In this document: positions 53,038 through 64,000 of the stretch, piece by piece | How the letters are laid out: each line of letters starts with the position of its first letter | Position numbering within the stretch: position 1 is the stretch's first letter | Assembly (NCBI GenBank): GCA_951406725.2 | Contig: OX597819.1 | Location: forward strand, 30,008,001 to 30,072,000 | Direction of reading: 5' to 3' | DNA: 64,000 bases | Origin: Octopus vulgaris | Taxonomy: Eukaryota | Notes under the pieces: generated by a model | The model's input: only the letters and a program-made list of their open reading frames with translations | Told to the model about the DNA's origin: nothing | The model's database searches: none | Translations under genes and position numbers: made by a program

Positions 53038-54070
53038 CGAGGAGCAATGAAAAATTATCCGCACTTTCGCAAAAAACTTTCTTTAGATTGCTGCACTGCG
53101 TTCAGCGCTCGTTTGCTAGAATATTCTATTCCCGTAGTTAACTAATCAAAATTTGTCCTTGATCGCTCTTTCTTGAGCTACCCAGTAAATATGGCCGCTC
53201 CGCTGGCAGGCTGCACCAAAGAAGAAGATATCAGTGATCTGAAGGTGTGTCAGGGTCTGAAATCCATCGCAGGCTTTCAGTACAATATATGGAGAGTTCT
53301 CTACCGCGTAGAAATGTGTATGAGGATCGAGAAGTTTTAAAAAGGCCAGACAAGCGTGAAGAATGAAGAGAGAGCAGGATGACTATAAGCCTCCACCACT
53401 GACGTGAAGATTCTGCAAGCTCGAGAGATGGTTATGGTGAACCGACCAGTGAGCATCGATGAGGAGGCATATTCTCTGCAAATTAGTCATGGCTCTGCAT
53501 GCGAAATCATTCACGACATGCTTCGCTTCCGTTAAAGTCTGTGCTAGAGGCGTGCCAAAAAAGTTTGCCCAAGCGCACAAGCGAAATCGTATCGAGATCT
53601 GTCAATGCTTATTCGATCACTACAACAATGAAGGCGAAACTTTTTTGAAGAGAACAGTCTCGGGAGTTGAAGCCTTGATTAATCACTTTGAGCCAGAATC
53701 CAAAAGGTAGAGTATGGAGTGGAAACACCTGGAATCAAAGGCGAAATAGAAATGCAAGACTCTGCCTTCTGCAGAAAAATTTATTCTAACCGTTTGGGGG
53801 ACGCAAAAGGGTCTATACTAGAACATTGCCTGGAAAAGGGGTTTACGGTCATCAATGAAGACTCCAGTGAAATACTACCCAAGGAATCGAAATCAGCAAT
53901 TCGCACTAAACATCGAGGTATGTTATCAAAGCAAGCGTTATTGTTGCATGACAATGCACGCCCACATACGGCCGCCTGCACCGTTGAAACCATTAAAAAT
54001 GGGTTTCGAGTTGCTGGAACACCCTGATACAGTTGATATTCTGCCCCTTTCGACTATCAACTCTTTGAAC
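53038..54070 (+). pseudogene. decayed mariner transposase
   Basis: KVCARGVPKK (WVPH-like), FLKRTVSGVEALINHFEPESKR and LLLHDNARPHTA motifs; frameshifts and stops. Confidence 0.85.
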
Positions 54071-54074
54071 CTTT

Positions 54075-54305
54075 ATTTCATGTTGCTCCAGTTAACTCAT
54101 CTGTAGAAATGAGTTGCGACATCACTGGTGCCAAGCTCTATCGGCCTTTGCCTTTCCCTAGGACAACATCGGTAGCTTAGAGAGTGGAGGCTGGTATGCA
54201 TGGGCGACTACTGGTCTTCCACAAACAACTTTGCCCGGACTTGTGCCTAGGAAGGGAACTTTCTGGATGCAATCTCATGGTCATTTGTGGCCAAAGGTGG
54301 TCTTT
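54075..54305 (+). mobile_element. probable SINE 3' fragment of another family
   Basis: CORE-like TGCTCCAGTTAACTCATCTGTAGAAATGAG followed by a GC-richer tail; single copy here. Confidence 0.4.
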
Positions 54306-54381
54306 ATATATGTATGCATGCTTTATGTATATATGCATGCATGCATGCATGTATGTATGTACGTAAGTATGTGTGTATGTA

Positions 54382-54467
54382 CGAGGAGTGTATGAAAAGT
54401 TTTGAGCCTTGAAGTCTTGTACCATGTTTTGTTTTTTTGAGGCTCAAGACTTTTCATACACCCCTTG
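54382..54467. mobile_element. 86-bp mariner-type MITE
   Basis: TIR CGAGGAGTGTATGAAAAGTTTTGAGCCT / AGGCTCAAGACTTTTCATACACCCCTTG; TA on both sides. Confidence 0.82.
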
Positions 54468-55823
54468 TATATATGTATGCACGTATGTATGTATGCATGT
54501 GTGTATGTATGTATGTATGTATGTATGTATGTATGTATGTATGTAGCGTGAGCGAACAGTTGTTTATATCAACTCCTGTACAATACTGGTACTTTATTTC
54601 ACCCAAGCTGTGACGATGAAAGACAAAATTGGTCTCAGCGGAGCAGTATTCGAACTCGATCTATACACAGTTAGGTCCCTTGACTTTTGTCAGATTTTCT
54701 AGTGATTCTATTAATCCAGATCACCTCAGCAGATATATAACTCAAATCACTCTAACTATTTGACGTCCGTCATTTGAAAGGTATCTACGAACGCATTACA
54801 CAAACTGTTCTCTTTTACTTTAAGATGGCAGATTATGATTTGGTTAGTATTTCTAGCATATCGACTGACCATATACAATCTCTTTCATTAGTTCATAGTT
54901 AAAAAAGTGTACCTAGGGACATGTAAGGAATAGTTAGCGCATCCCGAATGAAAGATTCAATGTAGTAATTTGTTCCGTTTTTAATTCATTTTGAAACTTT
55001 TAATATATTTCCAAAATTAGTTTTTGTACATATTTTTCAGATTGTTTTTAAAATTTTTGCTTCTAATAACCTTATAGCTTTTAGAAAATACAGCTCTCAT
55101 TTAAAATTTGCTTATTTATTCTTCATTCAAATATAAACCAACGCCAATGATCTATCATGTATAGGTTTTTTCTTTTGTTTGTATACATCGTAGCATTTTA
55201 AGCTTTGTTATTTTTTTACTATGAATAATTAAACGAAGTACACTGTGAATGCATAAAAGGCATGTGATATATGCGCCGGGGTAACCTATACTTTCTTGTT
55301 TGGGTAGCGTATTAGAAAAAAATGACGGTCACTCTAGGTACGGTGTAGTATAAAATAAAAATCTTATACGTAGAAGTGAGTTGTAATGTTTGCGGGGAGG
55401 ATCCACATCGATTTATTTTTCATATGAATATCTGTTTATATGTCCAAGTGACCAATCAGGCACCTGTTCCGACATTACAAAGATTCTTCTGCTAAAGTAT
55501 TAAATTTTCCATTTCGTAGCAAAACATTGCCGCATTTAAGTATATTGCAGTTTCAATGTGGGTTGCACTCGGTGTAGCTTTATTGTTCATATGAATGCAT
55601 GTAGGTATGTGGATGGAGCAAACTCGACAAAATGTGAACATACAAACAAAGATGAAATTTATATGCATTATAGAAGCAAAATATTTGAAACGAAACGAAT
55701 AGCGAACGGACAAGTGATCGAGACGAAAACAAGCACGACAGGATGTGGACATACAAGCAAAAGGAAATGAATACAGAGAGTAAGGCCTTACAGCTCAAAC
55801 ATGAGACAACTATATGAGTGTGT

Positions 55824-56192
55824 GGAAGCACTCCGTCGGTTACGACGACGAGGGTTCCGGTTGATCCGAATCAACGGAACAGCCTGCTCGTGAAATTAAC
55901 GTGTAAGTGGCTGAGCACTCCACAGACACGTGCACCCTTAACGTAGTTCTCGGGGATATTCAGCGTGACACAGAGAGTGACAAGGCCGGCCCTTTGAAAT
56001 ACAGGTACAACAGAAACAGAAAGTAAGAGTGAGAGAAAGTTGTGGTGAAAGAGTACAGCAGGGATCACCACCATCCCCTGCCGGAGCCTCGTGGAGCTTT
56101 AGGTGTTTTCGCTTAATAAACACACACAACGCCCGGTCTGGGAATCGAAACCGCGAGTCCGCTGCCCTTACCACTGAGCCATTGCGCCTCCA
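55824..56192 (-). mobile_element. SINE family A, tail type 4
   Basis: Matches 24967-25355 with a short head deletion between two ACCGCGA repeats. Confidence 0.88.
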
Positions 56193-56238
56193 CATGTAGG
56201 TATGTGTACACACGCACACACATATGCATACATATATA

Positions 56239-56617
56239 CTCTCTTACTCTTGATTCAGTCGTTTTGACTGCGGCCATGCTGGAGCACCGCCTTTAGTCGA
56301 GGAAATCGACCCCCAGGACTTATTCTTTGTAAGCCTAGTACTTATTCTATCGGTCTCTTTTGCCGAACCGCTAAGTTACGGCGACGTAAACACACCAGCA
56401 TCGGTTGTCAAGCACAGACACACAAACACATACTCATATATATATACATATATACGACGGGCTTCTTTCAGTTTCCGTCTACCAAATCCGCTCACAAGGC
56501 TTTGATCGGCCCGAGGCTATAGTAGAAGACACTTGCCCAAGGTGTCACGCAGTGGGACTGAACCCAGAACCATGTGGTTGGTAAGCAAGCTACTTACCAC
56601 ACAGCCACTCCTGCGCC
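56239..56617 (-). mobile_element. SINE family B
   Basis: Near-identical to 32719-33123. Confidence 0.88.
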
Positions 56618-56677
56618 TATATATATATATATGTATATATTCATATACACATGTGTTTATACACATATATAAAATAT

Positions 56678-56735
<58 letters not shown>

Positions 56736-57637
56736 TAATCATTAGACTTGGATATCAACAATTCAGTAAATAGATCTCGGTACTAAATAGAATATACGTA
56801 ATTTATTTCATGTTTTCTTAGGAAAGGAACATTTTTTTTACAGTTATCAAAAGAGCGCCTTTAAGAGCCAAAACATGTTGCATTTTGTAACATAAGAAGG
56901 AATAAATTTTCTATAGACACACACACACATACAATTTCTCTCTCTCTTTCTCCCTCCCTCTCTCCCTCTCTCTTTCTCTCTCCTTTATATGTGTGTATGC
57001 GTAAGCATGTATATTTGCATTTTATTGCTTACATGTATACATATATAAATCAATGTATGTATGCAAATCAGTATAAAGAAAGGTAAATATTCTCGGTAAA
57101 TTTGAACAATGAATTACCGAAAGATCTAAGAATCCTTTGCTATTCCCCTGATTAATTAAATCCAGATGCGGACCACTTGATTTGGTTTTTATTTATTTTT
57201 TGTGTGTGTTGGAGTTTAGTATTTTCAGGTAAAAATGCAAACATTCTGTTAGATATTTTAATAGCCCATTACATAGAGGTTCGAGTGTGAACTTATTATT
57301 ACGGTACAATAAACGTAGATTCTTCTAGAATTCTCTGTAGATGTTCTCGACAAGCTTTAGGTGTGATATTAACACCTGCATGAAGTTAACCTTCACAACA
57401 ACAGATTTTGTTTTCATATGCCCCGAGGGCAATAGTAAGTATTTTTGCTTTCATCTTTATAGACGTTTCTGATGCAATGTATTTATGTATACATTTAAGC
57501 CATTTATTGTTTTCTTGGAGATTGGCTTAGAAAATGTTTTAAATGGAAGCATCCAGAACATAGCTCTTCATCCTCGTAGTAGAATATAGATAAATGGCAC
57601 AGTAATAAATACCGGGAAATCAAGGTAAGTTGTTATG

Positions 57638-57990
57638 AAAGGCGATGGGTTGGCAGAATGGCGAGGGCGTCGGACAAAATGCCTCGTGGCATGAATCCTG
57701 GTTTTTTACATTCTGAGTCCAGTTCCGTTTCTGCACGAGGTTAACTTTGTCTTTAATATTTCCGGCGTCGAAGGCGGCGAGCTGAGAGAATCGTTAGCAC
57801 GCCGGGCAAAATACTTAGCGGGATTTCGTCTGTCTTTATGTTCTGAGTTCAATTTCTATAGAGGCTGAATTTGCCTTTCATCCTTTCAGGGTCGATAAAA
57901 TAAGTACTAGTTAAACACTGGCGTCGATCTAATCGACTTAACCCTCCCACCGAACTTGTTGGCCTTGTGCCAAAATTTGAAGCCAATAGC
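57638..57990 (+). mobile_element. SINE family C nested in an older family C copy
   Basis: Two successive heads (57638, 57771); AATATTTCCGG(C/T)GTCG repeated at ~57756 and ~57991. Confidence 0.72.
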
Positions 57991-60900
57991 CAATATTTCC
58001 GGTGTCGGTAAAATAATGTATCACTTACATACTAGAGTTGCCATAATTGTTTGTTCCTTCCCTACAAACTCCTAGTCGTGTGTTTATGTTACTGACAATC
58101 ATTGAAATGGCAGACTATTACAGCTCCGGTTTCACAAATCATGTGAAAGATACATGACCTATATTCAGATCGAAATGAAATTATGATAAAGTGCTTGCTG
58201 ATGAAACAAGAAATTACTTCTAAAAAGAAAGAATTAAAGGAATCAATGAATAACAAAATGAAAATTTTGAATAAATAAATAGAAACAGAAGAAGGAATTA
58301 TGAAACAAAAAGGTAAAAGTTTGGTGGGGAAAAAATGTGTGAAAGAAAAAATAGTAGTTGGTAAAAAATATTTTAATGAGATCAAACGCGCTAAACAAAA
58401 AAAAAATTATATATTTTTTTTTTTTGATATTCATGAATATTTTTTCGAAAATAACGAGCACGATGCAGGAGGTTAGAAAGACAGGTCAAAAGTTTAACGA
58501 ATACAATCAATTCAAATTGAAAGCCAAGCGTTGTAGACTTCATATTCCCTTGACATGAAACAATGCAATCACTAAAATTCTTAAATTATTTAAAGTGCCT
58601 ATTATATTTTGAACTACTTCCAAGATTTTTGCAAAAAAACCCAACCCACCATTGAAATTATGGCACTTTAGCGAATTAATTTGTATTAATTATTAAAATT
58701 GAATTAAAATCTACTTTGTTGTTGCGGCTTTTATCAAGATTCCAGATATTATTTAATTACGTTTCTTATCGCCGAGAAGATCTCATCACCTCATTTAAAT
58801 CCTTTTCTTAACCTGCCCGAAGATAAATTTTATTTCAAACTAGATTAGTTAAGACTTTTAGAATCACCATATTGTAAATATGATATTAACATGCCGAAGG
58901 AGATATGCATAATATAAAAACAATATAAGAGAATGAAAACTTCTCATACAATGCGTAATATATGAATAAAGAAATAATAATTTTGCTTTTAAATCGGGAA
59001 AGGCCATGTTTTATGGAGTGGGAAAAGTATAGAATAAATACAGACAGTATTCTACAAACATTTTAGAAGATCGATCTTCGTGGATGGAAGTAACATCGAA
59101 TTCGATAAGATTCGAATTCATTACGATGAGGTATATTCCTAGTACAGAAGCCTACACTCTCGGCTCTCATATATTTAGCTACGGAGAAGGAAAACACACT
59201 TGCTCTATAGCATCAATCTGATTATCTCATACACGACATCGCAATAAGATAGAGTGGAAATCGAGGAAACTGGTAATGGATTGTTTTAGTAACTATCAGT
59301 TTCGGGCTGATTCTCTTTGTCTAAGAGTGGGTAAGAGAGGACGAGAAAAAGCGGTGCTGTCAATTTCAGAATATTTAATATAACGAACATTGAATGATTA
59401 ACTGGAGGTAATTACACGCTGAGAAAAAAAGAGCAATATCATATTTCAACAACTCCGGACAGGTTTTGGTCTTATTACGGCCTCATCAATGAGGAATATG
59501 CTTCATGGTACTAAGTAGTGGTGGAAAAATTAGAACTGTATAGACAATAATAAATATCTCAGAGACATTATCCACATGAAGAACACTAGATAAGTTGTTA
59601 GCATATATAATGCAGGGCCTATTAAAACACCGACAAGGAACAATTATGCAATGAAGAAAAGAAAACAATAATCTACTTAGGTTAAAAACAGCACACTTGA
59701 TTTGCTACTTAAGTAACCACTCATTCTAACAGCGTTACAACTATAATAGATTAAGGGCGTATACTTGTATATCTCATATACATAAATCTGTTCAGTGTTT
59801 GTATGATACTAGTGAATATGTACAAATAATTATAATGTTCTGCAATCTACTGTAACTCGACGTACAAGTTACTTATTCACTTGCACAACATTAGTGGCGA
59901 TAATTCATCCAGTTTGCCAGGGTCATGTAAGGAAGACCTATACAGGTTATTTCACGATCAGAAAGTTCCATAAACTTTGATTATGGAGCATAATCAAAGA
60001 ACTGGTTTCTTCGTTTTCAAGAAAGATACCATTACTTTCTCCAACCTGTGAGCAAATTAACCACTTGTCCATTTTAAAAGGCAAGATGTTTCTCTGTTAC
60101 ATTGCCCTTTGTTATTCGTTCTTTAGTAATTCCTATGCAAAATATAAATGTGATAATAAAAATATTACTTTGGTAGATTAAACTAAGGCCGGATGCAGAT
60201 CCAAAGGACATACAAAAGATATTAAGATGAGCAACATTGTGTTCGTTGCATAATCAGAAATTTTTAATCTAAGACATATCCCCAGTGCGGTGCATCGAGC
60301 ACGTTTCTTGTGAGTGAGGCCAGTTTCATAGAACCTCCTCAAATAAGCTAGCAATCTTTCTAGGAGCAGTGGAAATGTTCTCCGATGAAAGACATAAAAT
60401 TAGTCGGGATTATTCCAGTCTCTCTATCCACAGAGAGATAAACCTTTGTTTACATTTCGTACTTCGAGGATAAAATTGTAGATATACCTTACATTAAATA
60501 TTCAGATTATTTAAAAGTGATTAAAAAGCTATTCTTATTCATGATTCTCTTTTTCTGTCTTTTTCATATTGGCATTCATACTTCACACTTAGTTTGAATG
60601 TGCTATAGGTTTAGTCTCATATTAAGCCGTAAAAGCATTCACCATATGGTAACAGCTTGATTATTAGTCAATATGTAATTTTCATTATGCAAAGCAAACT
60701 AATGATTGAATTCTTGGATATAAAACTTCAAATTTCTAATTTCCGGTTTCCATACACATTGCTGTTATTGTGATATTGCTGAGAATAGGATTTGCACGGG
60801 TAGCGAAATTAGAATGAAATGGCCAATTGACAACTAACTAGCTTATTGTTGATTGCGAATTCTAATTTAATACTGATTGGTAATGATTTTCACTTATTTA

Positions 60901-61678
60901 GGAATGATAAAGTGTATACCAGTAATAGAATAGGGGAATAATTCAATCGAGTATACGCTCCCTGTGTTTTCTTTATAAAATGAGCTTTATGTATAGGGAA
61001 AAAAATCTGTGATTACTGATATAATAAAGAAGGTAATAAACTACACTGTGCATAGGAGTGGTCGTTTATCCTTTCTTTTACGTATAAATCAACTAATAAA
61101 AAGTTGATATCTCCAAACTACACCTTACTATTACAACAGACGATATTTATTTATGTTGGTATCTATTGATTTGTATTACACTGTAGGTGTAGAAAATTCC
61201 TGAATTAGTACGATTATTCATTGGAAATCTTTGCAAAAATATCATTTTCAACGGTCAATCAGACCCCAAAGTGACTTACAAGGAAGAAAACTAAGTTTGC
61301 TAGAGATAAACAGATAATCTGTAAAGTACTGTGATAAGGTATAGATTGATATCACATCTATTTTACGTATGATCGATTTAATCTATCTACCCTTAGAAAA
61401 AAACAAATGCAATTTCATCTTGTTACCCAGAATCTCACCACAGAACTAAATTATTTTGCAAAAGAAGAACAATTTTCTTGCCTTTCCGTTGAACATAATT
61501 GAATTAAGTGAAAAGCTCAACAACAAAAAAATTAACGAAAAATGACTGCTTTCTTTCAGTGTTGGAGATGGCGGCGGTGGTCTGAGGGTTCAACAAAATA
61601 TAAAGTATTCTTTATTTTTCTCGCTATCTTTCCTTAATTCCCTCTTTCCTCCCCCTTGCGCTTCTCTTTTTATATATG

Positions 61679-61726
<48 letters not shown>

Positions 61727-62096
61727 CATATATAGAGAGAGAAAGAGATAGATACATATATATACATACATGCACTGATACATACATACATTCACACACA
61801 GGTTATATATGTCTACATGTACATGTCTATACGTATATATATATCACTTCTCTTTATTTGATTTAGTTTAATGCTTTTAATGTTTCTTGTAATTGTTTTA
61901 TTTTTATTTTTGCTCGTTTTTCTTTTCCGACGGGAGTCGTACTGAAAACTGTCATAGATATTTGTATCGGATTGTGGTTCGTTGCTAATTTACACTACGC
62001 AAATGCGCACACACGCGCACGTGCTCTTGCAAACACACATATATTGTGTATGTGTGTATTTACTCAAATCTAGCTATCTATCTATCAGTGTGTGGG

Positions 62097-62203
<107 letters not shown>

Positions 62204-62436
62204 GCATGTATGTATGTATGTATGTATATATATATATATGCTTTTCCAGCGCTTACAAATAAAACGGAAAAAATAAACAGTTGCTAGGGTAGCAAAAATT
62301 CACACAAGTAATAAGGAAGTAGCAGCCTATTTATAATGGTAGAAACTCCAAGTTTAGGTGAAATGTTTTGTATAATATAGATAAATAAATAAATAAATAA
62401 ATGGAGTTAAACGCATGTGTTATTCAAATTCTGTTA

Positions 62437-62514
62437 CTTCCGACATATGTTTCGAAGACAACATTGGTATTATTCCAGAAGGAATAAAATGGTGTGAAAC
62501 ATTCATCAGGGAAA
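62437..62514 (-). ncRNA. hammerhead ribozyme in a solo PLE-type repeat
   Basis: TTCC-CTGATGA-long stem II (inner TTATTCC TTCT GGAATAA)-C-GAAA-CATAT-GTC-GGAA; palindromic ACATATGT stem III; GUC triplet. Confidence 0.78.
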
Positions 62515-62672
62515 GAAAGAAACCGAACACATCAATAAGACATTTTAACAGAATGTGATGACTGCGTATATGATTCATTCGACTAAAAATTCTTCAGTGG
62601 GGTGCTCCAACATTCCCGCAGTCTAATGACTGAAACAAGTAAAAGATAAAAGATATATTATGCATAGAACAA

Positions 62673-62780
<108 letters not shown>

Positions 62781-62971
62781 ATTTGAATCCAACTTAGAAA
62801 TAAAGTAAACAAAGTTTGCTTTAGAAGCGTAGCGATGTATTGAAAGATTCAGAAATAATTTATTCTCAAACGCGTCATAATGCTACTAGAATAGCATGAA
62901 TAGGATAAATTAATGTTTCTGTATAGTCTTATTGATATATTTGTGTGATAATGTGAATTTGTAGGTATGTA

Positions 62972-63538
62972 TTGGGTTGTCGGGAAACTTCGTGCCGATT
63001 TATAGTAGCTTACCATTCGACTTATTTTAGAACATGGTTGAGTCCATAAAATAGGATTTGACTACACCTCTATTTAGAGCGCACATTTTAAGCTATCTTT
63101 TCATGGAAGAAGGTTTATGTTCCTATAACATGTGTTAATTCTGTAACCCTTTAAAATGGAAGATAAGAAAGTTCATTTTCGGCACTTGATACTTTGGGAG
63201 CCAGACAAAAATTGCTGCAGCTCGGCTGGGATGTGTTACCCTACCCTCCATATTCACCAGATATTGCTCCTTCGGATTTCCACTTTTTCAGGTCTCTACA
63301 GAATAGTCTTAATGGTAAAAATTTCAATTCCTTGGATGACGTAAAAAATACCTTGATGAATTCTTTGCCATGAAACCACCATAGTTCTGGGAAGAGGGTA
63401 TTTTCAAGTTAAAGGAAAGATGGAGACGCATTGTGCAACAAAATGGTTCATATTTGGTTGATTAAAAATGTAATGACAAGTATTTATTGATCTTTTTCTT
63501 CCCTTTAAAAATCGGCACGAACTTTCCGGACAACCCAA
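62972..63538 (+). mobile_element. internally deleted mariner element
   Basis: TIR TTGGGTTGTCGGGAAACTTCGTGCCGATTT / AAATCGGCACGAACTTTCCGGACAACCCAA, TA TSD. MEDKKVHFRHLILWE is joined out of frame to WDVLPYPPYSPDIAPSDFHFFRSL. Confidence 0.92.
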
Positions 63539-64000
63539 TATATTAGTACATATATGACTATGTTTATTTGTATATATCCGGGTATATTAAGTGTGTATGT
63601 GTGTCTGCGCACGCATGTCTGTGTGTGTGTATGCGTCTGTGCGTGAATGTATCAATCTATAGTTTTATACATCTGTTTATACATATGTATAGATGTATGT
63701 ATATATGTATATGTGCATGCTTTCCTGTTTTTATATATAGTGAACATCCTAAATTCATTTACCATGGTAGTAAATGATATTAACAAGCCCTTTAGGTATG
63801 TATTCAATGAAATAGAATTAATATTAATCCCAAGAATAGCCAGCCTACACAAATCTGTTAATTTAATTTTTTTTAAATTTGTATACAGATACAGGAGCGT
63901 TTGTATGTGTCTCTACCAGATGGATGTATAACTGTGAATTTCTCTTTATGAGCGCTACGTATCTCAAGATAATCGCGTGTATGTACGAGCATTTCTGTGT

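Overview
This is an AT-rich, repeat-saturated eukaryotic window with no host protein-coding gene that I can support. The SINE families, (TA)n/(CA)n/(GATA)n density and TTAGGG repeats suggest a cephalopod (Octopus-like) intron or intergenic region; that assignment is inference. The only substantial reading frame is a 5'-truncated Penelope-like retroelement (PLE) with RT plus GIY-YIG endonuclease and Naiad-type Cys motifs at 47846-48970 (-). Three further decayed PLEs, several mariner/Tc1/pogo remnants, Helitron-type elements and three abundant tRNA-derived SINE families are also present. Most notable: (i) about 14 minimal hammerhead-ribozyme (HHR)-like motifs in at least 7 sequence contexts; (ii) a TSD-bounded element at 49-442 joining a tRNA/Pol III head to an HHR-bearing PLE-type repeat in inverted arrangement (candidate Penelope-mobilised SINE); (iii) an ORF-less ~300-nt HHR unit family, including a 606-bp palindrome at 28612-29217 (retrozyme-like); (iv) a GGATC-terminated MITE family with 8-bp TSDs carrying an internal (TTAGGG)n tract. 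All coordinates were read by eye and edges of decayed elements are approximate.
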